Part shown: piece after piece, positions 26,655-35,359 of the stretch
Layout: each line of letters begins with the position of its first letter
How positions within the stretch are numbered: the first letter of the stretch is position 1
Virus record (IMG/VR): IMGVR_UViG_3300037339_000442
Location: 1-42,371 of that record
From: a virus
Lineage: Duplodnaviria > Caudoviricetes
DNA length: 42,371 nucleotides
Strand: one strand, 5' to 3'
The notes under the pieces: model-generated
The model's database searches: none
Told to the model about the DNA's origin: nothing
Seen by the model: the letters and a program-made list of their open reading frames with translations, nothing else
Made by a program: the position numbers and the translations under genes

Positions 26655-26694
26655 TCGCTTATGCGACCTTGTCGATGTCGCTTATGCGACCTTG
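26655..26694. repeat. 17-bp direct repeat duplicating the 3' end of the capsid gene
   Basis: tcgcttatgcgaccttg at 26655-26671 and 26678-26694. Confidence 0.85.
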
Positions 26695-27602
26695 ATAGCG
26701 GTCTCCCACAGGCCGTAGCCTACGGCGAAGCGGGTGTCCACTCCGTAGTAGAAGCGGCGGCTCATGAAGGCCAGGGGGTCATCGGGCTTGGCCAGGGAAA
26801 TGAACTCAGGCGACTTCCTGTTCTGGAAGATCAGCGGCTTGACCGCCATCTTTGTGCAGAGCAGGTGCCAGGTTGAGGCCGTAACGTAGGGACTAACTCC
26901 CATATCGGCTTGTCCGATGAAGGTGTTACTCATGGAGGCTGCTACAGCCCCTGCCGGGATCATCGCCGCTGTCAATAGCTGGGCGAAGACCTGCTCCTGA
27001 GCAGGAGCGCAGAGGATAAAGTCTGCCAGGATATTCATTGGACGACCCTGGTCGTCCTTGACGTTGCGCATCTGTGCCTTGGCGCCGCTGAAGTCTGCCT
27101 GAAGCAGCACCAACGTTACGCCGGTGGAGGTGTACAGGTTCGTCTGCGCTGCTTGAGCGCCTACCACGTGTGAGGCACTGTAGAAGACGACTCCATCGTA
27201 GCAGACATTGCCAGCGACGGCGCCGTTGACCAAGGCCACCACGCAGCAGTTGTCGATGTATCGCGGCACTTCCATTCCTAGCTGACGAATCCGCGGGGAG
27301 ATCATCCCCAGCCGATCATCATCCAGGGTGTCCCGGTCGACGTCGACGGTGGCCTCGTAGTGCTTGTTGGTGAGCGAGTAGGTGTACGGGTACAGCCCGC
27401 CGGATTGTCTCTGATCGATCCATTCCCGCATGACAGGAACGGTGCCGAGCCAGTTGTAGCTCTCGGTCAGCGTAGTTGACGGAATCTCCATCGCTATACG
27501 TGGATAAACCGTGGGCGCTTGTGCCGCCAGGAACGCGTCCGCATATAGCGCCCGGAAGGACGTCAGCAGGGCAGCGAGGAAATCTGAGTTTACTATTCCC
27601 AT
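26682..27602 (-). CDS. Major capsid protein, Mu gpT-like
   Basis: YNWLG.VP.MREW, NKHYEAT, CYDG..F, KPLIFQ.R, YGVD.R motifs. Confidence 0.93.
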   Translation of the reverse strand: MGIVNSDFLAALLTSFRALYADAFLAAQAPTVYPRIAMEIPSTTLTESYNWLGTVPVMREWIDQRQSGGLYPYTYSLTNKHYEATVDVDRDTLDDDRLGMISPRIRQLGMEVPRYIDNCCVVALVNGAVAGNVCYDGVVFYSASHVVGAQAAQTNLYTSTGVTLVLLQADFSGAKAQMRNVKDDQGRPMNILADFILCAPAQEQVFAQLLTAAMIPAGAVAASMSNTFIGQADMGVSPYVTASTWHLLCTKMAVKPLIFQNRKSPEFISLAKPDDPLAFMSRRFYYGVDTRFAVGYGLWETAIKVA

Positions 27603-27672
27603 CTTACTTTGCTCCTCTGTTCTTGATTTAGTACGCTACAATTCACAAGTGATAGCTCCCGTTGGAGCTAGG

Positions 27673-28098
27673 TTAGAGTGCTACTGGGCCGGTTACTGGT
27701 ATCCAGACCCAGACGTGGGTGGTGTCTACCATGTAGACGACGCGGCCCAGCTTGAGGTCGTTGGTCGTTACAGATGCTAGAGCCAAGGAGCCGCTGTCGG
27801 CCACACAGAGCGTGTCAGGAACATCTGTGATCGCTATTGTCGCAGTCGGAAGCAAGAACAGCGCCCCGCTTGCGACTCGACAGGTCTTGACTCCAGCCGT
27901 GGTGCTGACTACCTGCTCGTCTGCGATTCCTACCGAGATGCAGGATGCCGTGTCGGCGCCGACGATCAGATAGCCGGTGGCCGGGTCAATCATGACGATC
28001 GCACCCTTATAGATCGTCTGGTTCGCTCCCACCAGGTAGTTGATGAGTGTGGGATAGCCTTTACGGAGAACGTCAGTATCTTTCGCTAGTGCAGTCAT
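27673..28098 (-). CDS. Head decoration/cement protein
   Basis: TIYKGAIV...VGIA.E...GRVV...VWV; directly upstream of the capsid gene. Confidence 0.75.
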   Translation of the reverse strand: MTALAKDTDVLRKGYPTLINYLVGANQTIYKGAIVMIDPATGYLIVGADTASCISVGIADEQVVSTTAGVKTCRVASGALFLLPTATIAITDVPDTLCVADSGSLALASVTTNDLKLGRVVYMVDTTHVWVWIPVTGPVAL

Positions 28099-28167
28099 CT
28101 TTCGTTATCCTCTCCTCTGCTTTAGATTCTTACCAATACGATTCTGGTTAGACTGTGGCCAGCGGGA

Positions 28168-29796
28168 CTAACCCGCCCGCGCTGCGACTGCCTGCTCGTC
28201 CTTCTGCTTGTCGATGAGGGTCTGGATCGGTTGCTTGCCCAGTTCCAGCACCGCAGGAGTAACGCCCACCTTCTTGGCTATCTCCACCTCCAGGTCAGTG
28301 AGCTGCGCACCATCCGGCGGCGATCCGTCAGAGCCGATCGGCTCTGAAAGGATATGCAGCTTCGGCGAGGAAGCGACGAGGGCGACGAAGGCGTCGTGGT
28401 CGGACAGGGCAAGGGTTACTAGAGCTGGCCGCTGTGTAGGCGTGAACTTACCTTCCTGAACAGCCGCATCCACTTCCTGCTCTGCCAGATGCGTGGCCTT
28501 GTCCTTTTCCAGGACAACCACCTTCTCGCGAAGCTCCTTCACCTCGTCTGGGGGCGGTTCCTTTGCGGCGGTTCCCAGCTCGGCGATCTTGGCTGTTACC
28601 TGCTCCTCGGTCGAGTCCGCAGGCATGCCCAGGGTCTCAATTAACCTCTTCAAGTCCACTTCAGTGCCCTCCTTTTTTCTTCGTGATTGCATTGTATCCA
28701 GGCGAGCTAGTGCTTCGGAGAGGAACAACCTAAGCGCCCGAGCGCCTGGTCTGCGGGCGATATGTCCCTCCATCTTAGTCATGTACGATCGGAGTCCAGC
28801 GGCTAAGGTTAGCTCTTCATTTCTCGCATCCTCCAGACCTCTCTCCTTCATCCAAGTCCTGAAATGGTTCGTGGCGAGTGAGTTCTTTGCCGAATAGTCC
28901 TTCGACTCATCTACCCACGCTCTTACGTCGGCGGTGTCAGTGAAATAGGGGTGTTGCCCCTTCTCCCAGTTGCCATCGAAGATTCGTCCCAGATAGGATG
29001 TTGCAGGCTTGTCGTTATCCTTCTCAAGAGCTTTGGCCGCTGCCTCGCCTTGGTTGGGGTTATCGAGCCCACCGTCCTTCGCCCACGAATCCCAGGCTGA
29101 CCACTTGCCGGGGTCTTCAGCCTCCTCGTCCAGCTCATTCCCGACGAAGTCTGATCGAAGCTGAGTAGTCTCACTCTTGGAGAACTGGCTTGTGTCTATC
29201 TCACCAGGAACTCGGGGTGCCCCACCCTTCTCCTCACCTCCACCACCCCCGCCGCTAGTCCACTTCCCTTGCTCATCCCGCTCCTGGTCGGGACTGTACA
29301 GATAAACGGCGAAGTTCGCATCAGCCGGATCAAGCAGAGCTGAGTATAGCCCCTCGATGTCTCCGATAGACGATATGTCCTTGACGGCAGGCATATCGCC
29401 TCCGAGCAAGGCGACGCCTTTGAGGATAGCGTGGTACATCTTGCCGGCGATCTTCTTGTCGAAGTATATCTCGCTGGATACATGCTGGTAGGCACCAGCG
29501 GAGACGAGATCAGCAACACGCTTAGGGACATCGCGGAAATCAGCGATGAGTTTACCGCCCTTACGATACAGTCGCTCAACCCATCCCACAGCAGGGTAGC
29601 CGTCGCTCTGTGCGATTGCCTGGTCTCCATCATGTCCGAGCTTCACAGGTGGGTCCAGCTTCCCCCGAAGATCGTCGAAGGCAACAACCATCGCATCGAA
29701 GTCATCCCTTGTGTAAGGGTTCCCGTTCCAGGTTCCCTCCGCCAGAATCTCTACGGCGGGAATGTTGACGGTTTCGAGTTTCACAGGCTTGGGCAT
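28168..29796 (-). CDS. Mu gpI-like prohead protease/scaffold with a ~165-aa tagged insertion
   Basis: GTW, KLGH, AVGWV, YQHVSSE, GVALLG..PAVK protease motifs; scaffold LGMPADSTEEQV...GKFTP; GAGGAG RBS before ATG 29796. Confidence 0.9.
   Translation of the reverse strand: MPKPVKLETVNIPAVEILAEGTWNGNPYTRDDFDAMVVAFDDLRGKLDPPVKLGHDGDQAIAQSDGYPAVGWVERLYRKGGKLIADFRDVPKRVADLVSAGAYQHVSSEIYFDKKIAGKMYHAILKGVALLGGDMPAVKDISSIGDIEGLYSALLDPADANFAVYLYSPDQERDEQGKWTSGGGGGGEEKGGAPRVPGEIDTSQFSKSETTQLRSDFVGNELDEEAEDPGKWSAWDSWAKDGGLDNPNQGEAAAKALEKDNDKPATSYLGRIFDGNWEKGQHPYFTDTADVRAWVDESKDYSAKNSLATNHFRTWMKERGLEDARNEELTLAAGLRSYMTKMEGHIARRPGARALRLFLSEALARLDTMQSRRKKEGTEVDLKRLIETLGMPADSTEEQVTAKIAELGTAAKEPPPDEVKELREKVVVLEKDKATHLAEQEVDAAVQEGKFTPTQRPALVTLALSDHDAFVALVASSPKLHILSEPIGSDGSPPDGAQLTDLEVEIAKKVGVTPAVLELGKQPIQTLIDKQKDEQAVAARAG
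29257..29301 (-). repeat. LYSPDQERDEQGKWT tag, copy 3 (in the protease)
   Basis: Same 15 aa as 31137-31181 and 31719-31763; only synonymous differences. Confidence 0.95.
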
Positions 29797-29953
29797 CTCG
29801 CTATTCTCCTCGCTTTTATGATTCCATCGTTGATGACAGATAGCCGCGCGCTGGGATGAGTCGTCGTACTCCTTTGACCATAACCCCATCGCCCATACAT
29901 CGGCTGAGGAAGTTTCTTTCACTCTCATCCTGGCGTGGTCCTGGTATAGGCAT
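29797..29953 (-). pseudogene. Small phage domain (MPIP...FLSRCM...EY...QRAAIC..RW) split by a 1-nt frameshift
   Basis: First half in the frame of ATG 29953, second half in the protease frame; removing one A from GTCAAAGGAG (29873-29875) joins them. Confidence 0.6.
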
Positions 29954-29954
29954 C

Positions 29955-32900
29955 CTAGTCGCCTTCGTCCTCAAAGACATAGACATACACGCATCGACAG
30001 TTATCCCCACCTGCGCACTGGGATGGGGGTTCATTCTCGTCATAGTCCGCGCTGCCGAGCTCGTACTGCTCGCCGTCGAGTGTCTCGCATTCGTTGCAAG
30101 TGGCGCTGTCTAGCAGAGAACTCCGCTCGGCGTACCTGATCTCATCCTGCAATTCCTTCGCCGTCTCGGACCGCCCCTCGTTTAGAGGTGTAGTAACAGA
30201 ATAACGAGCGACTATATTCAAGGCGGTCTCAGCTGCTGAGAGTATTTCCTCCTCAGCAGGAATCCCATCGAAGTGCTCCATAAAGAAGGTGATCCGCCCA
30301 GATATGCGCTTGGCCAGATCAGGAGCAAGCGAGCTGTGCGGAATGTTCGGCAGTTCGGGCGGTCCCTCTGCGAGCCTACGCCCTCGCGCGCGTGCGTATT
30401 CCTTTAGGACTTGTCTTGCCCCGAACCTGTGGAGGGAGTTGAGCACGGGCTGAAGGGCAGCAGCGAGCTTAGTCTCTAGCCTCTTGGTCTTCTTGCGAGC
30501 AAGGATAGCCAGGGACAAGGCTCTTGTGGGTTCTTTTCCAGCCGCCTTCAGTCTGGAAAGTCCCTCGGTAAGAGCATTGTCGATGGCAGAGAAGTTCACC
30601 ACCTTCTCGCTCTCACGAAGCTCCCTCTTCCACGACCGCTTCTTGCTGGATGAGGCTGATCTGTAGGCTATGTATACGATGTCGCCCTCTGCTAGTTCCT
30701 TCTGTAACGTGATGCGACTCTGATCGAATGCAATAACCCAAGAACGATCCTGTTGCGTAGTTTCGGACAGCCAGGGGTTCTTGAGGATGACCCCATCATA
30801 GCCTTTCGCTTGGAGATGTTCCTTTATGTCATAACCTATACTACCAGCTTCTCCTTTGGGGAATATGTTGCCCCGCGCCTCTTGTATGACCTCGGTCTTG
30901 AGGCTTTCCCAATCCTCCGCAACTCTGGGATTCTCCAGATCAACTTGGGCTGCTAGGACGACTCCGTCTTCATCTGCATATGCCCTTGCCTCAGCTTCAG
31001 AGTGGGTGAAAAAGAACCCTAGCCCAGTATTCGGATGAGTCCAACTCGTAGCAGCATGTTCGTCGAAGCCCATCTCCTTAATAGCCGCTGCGGCCTGTGG
31101 ACTTGTGCCGTGATATTCAACATCCCCACCGCCATCAGTCCATTTACCTTGTTCATCTCGTTCCTGGTCTGGACTGTAGAGATTGGATGACTGTTCCTTC
31201 ACACCCGAGAGTGCTCCCAGCGGCACTAATAGTTCCTCTTCCTCCAAACCTGGGGCGAATGCTTCCATGTCGACTAATACGTTCGATCTCCCCACCGTGA
31301 ATGTGCTAACTGATTCCCCCTTCCTCTCGGCCCACTGTTCAGCAACGCCCCTGGAGAGACTCACAGGGATGAGGGAATTGGGATTATCGCTTCTGGATGC
31401 TCCTCCACGATATACCGTGAACTCTTCTGGTAAGTTACGACCATTTGCTAGGTGGTACTGGGTTTGATCGTAGATTTGTTGCCGGGCCTCCACGATATCA
31501 GCCCTTTCAGGAGTACGACCTCCAAGGGAAACCTCCATATCATTAGCGAACGCTTCCTGGAAGTCCTTTCCGTCCTGGAACAAATATGAAACTGTTTCGG
31601 AACCCACCTCACTCTCCACTGCGTTCTTCGTTTGTTTAGCCAGTCCAGTCAATTTAGGCTTAGTCTCAGGCGATCCTGTCAGTTTTACGGTTCCATAGTT
31701 ACCGCCACCTCCTCCATCCGTCCACTTTCCTTGTTCATCTCTTTCCTGATCGGGACTGTAGAGAGATACTTCCTCCGGCTCACCTGGAATAGGGAGTTGA
31801 TCACGTGCCCCAGGTTTCCCCGACTCACCTGGGTCTGCCGTTCCAGGTGAGCCGGGGATCACGCCTGGGGGTCCAGAGATAGGAGGCGGCGGTGAAGGTC
31901 GTATGGGATTGCCCTCATCATCGGCTGGGAGAGAGGGCAGGTCGAACAAATCTCTTATGTGGTTTTCCAGCTCCGCGTCAGGACTAATCATACCGGCGGT
32001 TACCAATGCCGCAAGAGACTGTCCTAGCGGGGTTATGTCCTTGGTCTCAAGTCCGGCCAGTTCAATCTTCGGGTATGCCACAGTATCTGGCCAGTTCAGA
32101 TCGACTATGCGCTTCACGACATAGAGGGTCATAGCCTGTTCGAATTGAGCGACGATTCCTTTCAGAGCATTGAAGAACAGACTTGACTTGTCGCGATGCA
32201 TGACGTTAGCGTTGCCCCCGATACCGGAGCCGAGGGTTAAGAAGTCCGCCAGGATACTGACTGCCATCTGGCGATCGTGGTAGTTAATCTGCGCGTCAGT
32301 TGATCGCAGGCTAGTGGCCTTCATGTCAAGAATCCCGAAGGGAGGAAAGTTCAGCCCTGTGGCGAGCGAATCCTCAGCGGCAAGAAAATACCCCTTCTCA
32401 TGTGCGTGAAGACTCTGAAGAGCTTTCGCTACAGCTCTGCGCTCAGTATCCTTGATCCCCTCGCGGACGATCGCGTAAGGAACTCCTATGCCGTGTCTCT
32501 CTGCGGCGATAGCACCAATCCGCAGAAGCATATCCTTATAGAACCAGTGCTTATAGGCTGAGCGCAGAATACTCTCGCCACGGAAGTTCGCTCCCTCGCG
32601 ATCAAGGCTCATAACGAAAAGGCGGCTGATGGGAATAGTCGGATATGCCCAAATACCCCCAACAAGATTAGCAGAAGGATCAGACCAGCTGGCCTTGACC
32701 TCAAAGTCCCGTTTGGTATCTGCCACATAGGTCATCTGCGTGATACCCTGAAGCTCGCCATATCTGTCGATGTGCCAGCGGTAGATCGTCTTGGGAAGGC
32801 GGGGAGCGAGCTTGTAGAGTGCGATCACCTCTTGTCCATCTATCTCTTTTATGTTAGGCTTCCCATCTGGGCGACAGAAGACCAGCTCGTGAACTGCGTG

Positions 32901-33296
32901 GCCATAACCACAGGAAGATGTTATGATCTGTCTGACCAGATCGTCCCAGACCATGCCATCCATATTCAGGAGATTGTGCTCGACCACGTTGGCGATATGG
33001 ACATCTGACTTCTCATCTGAGGCTGGTACGACCCTCAGAGTACATGCGCGGATTGGCAAGGTGATAGTTCGCATCATCGCCTTAACCATGCCGTCTGATC
33101 GCATCATGCGTGTATAGACCTCTATGGCTTTATCGCCCTGGAGGTCAGCGTTATACTCTTCCCCATCGAGGAAGCCGGAGTAGAAGACTGTCCCAGGCGC
33201 ACCAATCTCATCGTAGTCTTTGGGTGGACCTTCCTGCCCGCCGACTGGAGATGATGCCGGCTTCTTAGGGAACAATTCCACGCCGAATATCTTCAT
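29955..33296 (-). CDS. Portal protein (DUF935/Mu gp29-like) fused to two ADP-ribosyltransferase-like domains and a C-terminal MuF (gp7-like) domain
   Basis: Portal: GYGHAVHEL, GESILRSAYKHW, AERHGIG; Pro-rich linker; YRG/SLS/EEE and YHGT/GFFFT/AYA/GYDG domains; MuF: TCNECETLDG...NCRC. Confidence 0.9.
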   Translation of the reverse strand: MKIFGVELFPKKPASSPVGGQEGPPKDYDEIGAPGTVFYSGFLDGEEYNADLQGDKAIEVYTRMMRSDGMVKAMMRTITLPIRACTLRVVPASDEKSDVHIANVVEHNLLNMDGMVWDDLVRQIITSSCGYGHAVHELVFCRPDGKPNIKEIDGQEVIALYKLAPRLPKTIYRWHIDRYGELQGITQMTYVADTKRDFEVKASWSDPSANLVGGIWAYPTIPISRLFVMSLDREGANFRGESILRSAYKHWFYKDMLLRIGAIAAERHGIGVPYAIVREGIKDTERRAVAKALQSLHAHEKGYFLAAEDSLATGLNFPPFGILDMKATSLRSTDAQINYHDRQMAVSILADFLTLGSGIGGNANVMHRDKSSLFFNALKGIVAQFEQAMTLYVVKRIVDLNWPDTVAYPKIELAGLETKDITPLGQSLAALVTAGMISPDAELENHIRDLFDLPSLPADDEGNPIRPSPPPPISGPPGVIPGSPGTADPGESGKPGARDQLPIPGEPEEVSLYSPDQERDEQGKWTDGGGGGNYGTVKLTGSPETKPKLTGLAKQTKNAVESEVGSETVSYLFQDGKDFQEAFANDMEVSLGGRTPERADIVEARQQIYDQTQYHLANGRNLPEEFTVYRGGASRSDNPNSLIPVSLSRGVAEQWAERKGESVSTFTVGRSNVLVDMEAFAPGLEEEELLVPLGALSGVKEQSSNLYSPDQERDEQGKWTDGGGDVEYHGTSPQAAAAIKEMGFDEHAATSWTHPNTGLGFFFTHSEAEARAYADEDGVVLAAQVDLENPRVAEDWESLKTEVIQEARGNIFPKGEAGSIGYDIKEHLQAKGYDGVILKNPWLSETTQQDRSWVIAFDQSRITLQKELAEGDIVYIAYRSASSSKKRSWKRELRESEKVVNFSAIDNALTEGLSRLKAAGKEPTRALSLAILARKKTKRLETKLAAALQPVLNSLHRFGARQVLKEYARARGRRLAEGPPELPNIPHSSLAPDLAKRISGRITFFMEHFDGIPAEEEILSAAETALNIVARYSVTTPLNEGRSETAKELQDEIRYAERSSLLDSATCNECETLDGEQYELGSADYDENEPPSQCAGGDNCRCVYVYVFEDEGD
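31137..31181 (-). repeat. LYSPDQERDEQGKWT tag, copy 2 (portal aa 706-720)
   Basis: Directly precedes a GGG linker and the YHGT domain. Confidence 0.95.
31719..31763 (-). repeat. LYSPDQERDEQGKWT tag, copy 1 (portal aa 512-526)
   Basis: Follows the Pro-rich linker and precedes a GGGGG linker. Confidence 0.95.
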
Positions 33297-33300
33297 GCGA

Positions 33301-33708
33301 TCAACCTTCCACGTGCCACCAGTAAGCTCGGCGGCTATTCCTCTGATCTATTGCGGCGCCGATAATGCTGAGAGGCTTCCTTCCCATCAGAGCCTCTATT
33401 CCCTTCCAAGCCTTCTCAGCCTCATGTGGCCTGGGCACCCCCCGGTCGAATAGCTGGACCTTGAGCAGAGGAAGCCCGCCACATTGCTGATAGACTTCAA
33501 GGGGAGTGTCCTCATCCTCCATTGTCATATAGACTAGACAGATTGAGGAGGTGTCCCAGAAGTCGAACCCGATTGCCAGCTGCGGGTCTTCCTTCGCTCC
33601 AGCAATAGCCAACTCGATCGCTCGCTTCGGCTCAGGCCACATCGGCAATGGAACCAGCAGAGTTGGCCGCCTGAGAACCTCTATACCGAAGCTCTTTGTC
33701 CCGTCCAT
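33301..33708 (-). CDS. Hypothetical protein between TerL and portal
   Basis: TGATG coupling to the TerL stop; AAGGAG RBS. Confidence 0.7.
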   Translation of the reverse strand: MDGTKSFGIEVLRRPTLLVPLPMWPEPKRAIELAIAGAKEDPQLAIGFDFWDTSSICLVYMTMEDEDTPLEVYQQCGGLPLLKVQLFDRGVPRPHEAEKAWKGIEALMGRKPLSIIGAAIDQRNSRRAYWWHVEG

Positions 33709-35201
33709 CAGAACTCCTTTATCGCAGAGGGTTCATCCTCAAGCTCATCTATCTCAGCAACCGACATCGGAACCTTCTCATCTTCTCTGGCGGCCTCAGC
33801 CATGGCTTCCTGAAGGTCGCTGAAGGATGCTGCGCTATCACTGGCGAAGGCGAGCATGATCGCCTCAGCTCTGTCGGGACTCTTGACGCCTCGCTTGCGG
33901 GCATCATCTTTGCTCTCTATAACGACCTGACCCCTAGCGTTGTGAGAGTATCGTATGCCTGTGAGTTGGGCTATTGCGACCTCATCCTCCAACCCATCGA
34001 TATCGCCGGCTTGGAATCGCTGCCTCAGTCCCCAGTAGAGTTCAGCTTTGCGGTTGATGTACTTCTCTCTGTTACGAGGAGCCTCACCGACGTTTACTCC
34101 CACAGCATTGAAGCCCAAGTCCTGAAGGTGCCTGAGCATATAGTAGCCGATGCCCACCTCGTCTACGTTGATCTGATCAAGCCTATCCTTGTATGGCATG
34201 AGCGCAGCAACCACCTCGCCTCGGGGATCAGGCTTGGTCCAGGACTGCAGCTTCAGCAGCTTCCGTCCCTCGCGTATGAGTAAGCTAGTTTCATCTTCAC
34301 CCGGACCAGCAACGTCGAGACCAGCCATAGTCGTATTGCCCGTGTCCTTGACCTCCCGATATTTGGATTCCTCCAACCAGCCGAGAGAGATAAGCGCGTC
34401 CTCAGCCTGCTCAGGAAACTTGCCGAGGACACGAGCTTGGTATAGAGGATGTGTTGGGCCCCACTCCTCATACCTTTCCTTCACCCAGCGCCTGCTGACC
34501 AGATACGGCCTCTCATTCCTGTCCAGCTCGTGCTCGGGCATGACGAGCAAGTCTTCTATGGTCAATCCCCTGAGGTTGGGAGTATCGAAGGCGTTGATGG
34601 TTATTGTGTTCCACCGCTTGCGCTGGCTGGTAAAGGCTTCATAGAACGGGCCGCTTGCGATGGTCGGGTTGCCTAGAGCGAGGACGTGGACATCGCCACC
34701 TGCTCGTATGCCCTCAATAGCTTCCCAGATTGCGGGGCGTACTCCTGGAGCCTCGTCTACGATGATGAGGATATGACCGTGGAATCCCTGGAAGCGTTCA
34801 GCCTCATTAGTGGATAGTCCCAGTGCGAAGCAGACGCCTTCCTCAATAGTCAAATCAGTCTTGTTCATTGTGGGATATGCTATGCGAGACTTAGCCGCAG
34901 CCTTATGAATCTCGCCCCATAGCTGCCTCTCAACCTGCTTCCAGACAGGAGCCGTAGTGATCACGATGCCATCGTCATATCGCGTAAGCCAGAAGAGCGT
35001 TACTTCTGCCGCGCTGAAAGTCTTGCTGGAAGCGTGGCAAGCCTTAACAGCGGTGTCCCGGTTCTCCACAGTGGACCTCAGTATCTCTGCCTGGGTATCC
35101 CAGACATCGTGCTGGAGAATCCCTTTAGCGAACCTTACCGGATCACGCAGAACAGCACTCATTGCCTTGAGCTCAGGCTTAGTGATCGTAGGCGATATCA
35201 T
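33708..35201 (-). CDS. terL: Terminase large subunit
   Basis: ACHASSKT (degenerate Walker A), IIVDEA, LGNPT, GLDVA..GEDET, SPDRAEA. Confidence 0.95.
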   Translation of the reverse strand: MISPTITKPELKAMSAVLRDPVRFAKGILQHDVWDTQAEILRSTVENRDTAVKACHASSKTFSAAEVTLFWLTRYDDGIVITTAPVWKQVERQLWGEIHKAAAKSRIAYPTMNKTDLTIEEGVCFALGLSTNEAERFQGFHGHILIIVDEAPGVRPAIWEAIEGIRAGGDVHVLALGNPTIASGPFYEAFTSQRKRWNTITINAFDTPNLRGLTIEDLLVMPEHELDRNERPYLVSRRWVKERYEEWGPTHPLYQARVLGKFPEQAEDALISLGWLEESKYREVKDTGNTTMAGLDVAGPGEDETSLLIREGRKLLKLQSWTKPDPRGEVVAALMPYKDRLDQINVDEVGIGYYMLRHLQDLGFNAVGVNVGEAPRNREKYINRKAELYWGLRQRFQAGDIDGLEDEVAIAQLTGIRYSHNARGQVVIESKDDARKRGVKSPDRAEAIMLAFASDSAASFSDLQEAMAEAAREDEKVPMSVAEIDELEDEPSAIKEF

Positions 35202-35359
35202 CTCGAGCCCATCTTCCTGATCTGCTTTGACTTACATCTGCGACAGCGCCATAATTCAGTGCGAGCTACCCAATCGGATGAGACATATATCCACTGATGA
35301 TCTAGCAGTCCGCACCACAGTTGGAGGAGCCTGCGGGTTATTCGCAGAAGTCTATTCAT
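35198..35359 (-). CDS. 53-aa Cys/His protein (DUF1660-like pattern), absent from the ORF track
   Basis: MNRLLR...WCGLLDHQW...CRRC; overlaps the TerS stop and is ATGA-coupled to TerL. Confidence 0.65.
   Translation of the reverse strand: MNRLLRITRRLLQLWCGLLDHQWIYVSSDWVARTELWRCRRCKSKQIRKMGSR

Noticed and set aside
29257-31763. Tag repeats as inteins, introns, DGR repeats or DNA-level mobile-element ends
   Set aside because: No intein C/S...HN termini, no reverse transcriptase, frames are uninterrupted, and the differences between copies are purely synonymous, pointing to peptide-level function.
25189-33296. Transposable Mu-like phage
   Set aside because: Only the head and neck genes are Mu-like; there is no MuA/MuB, and the phage has its own polymerase and primase-helicase.
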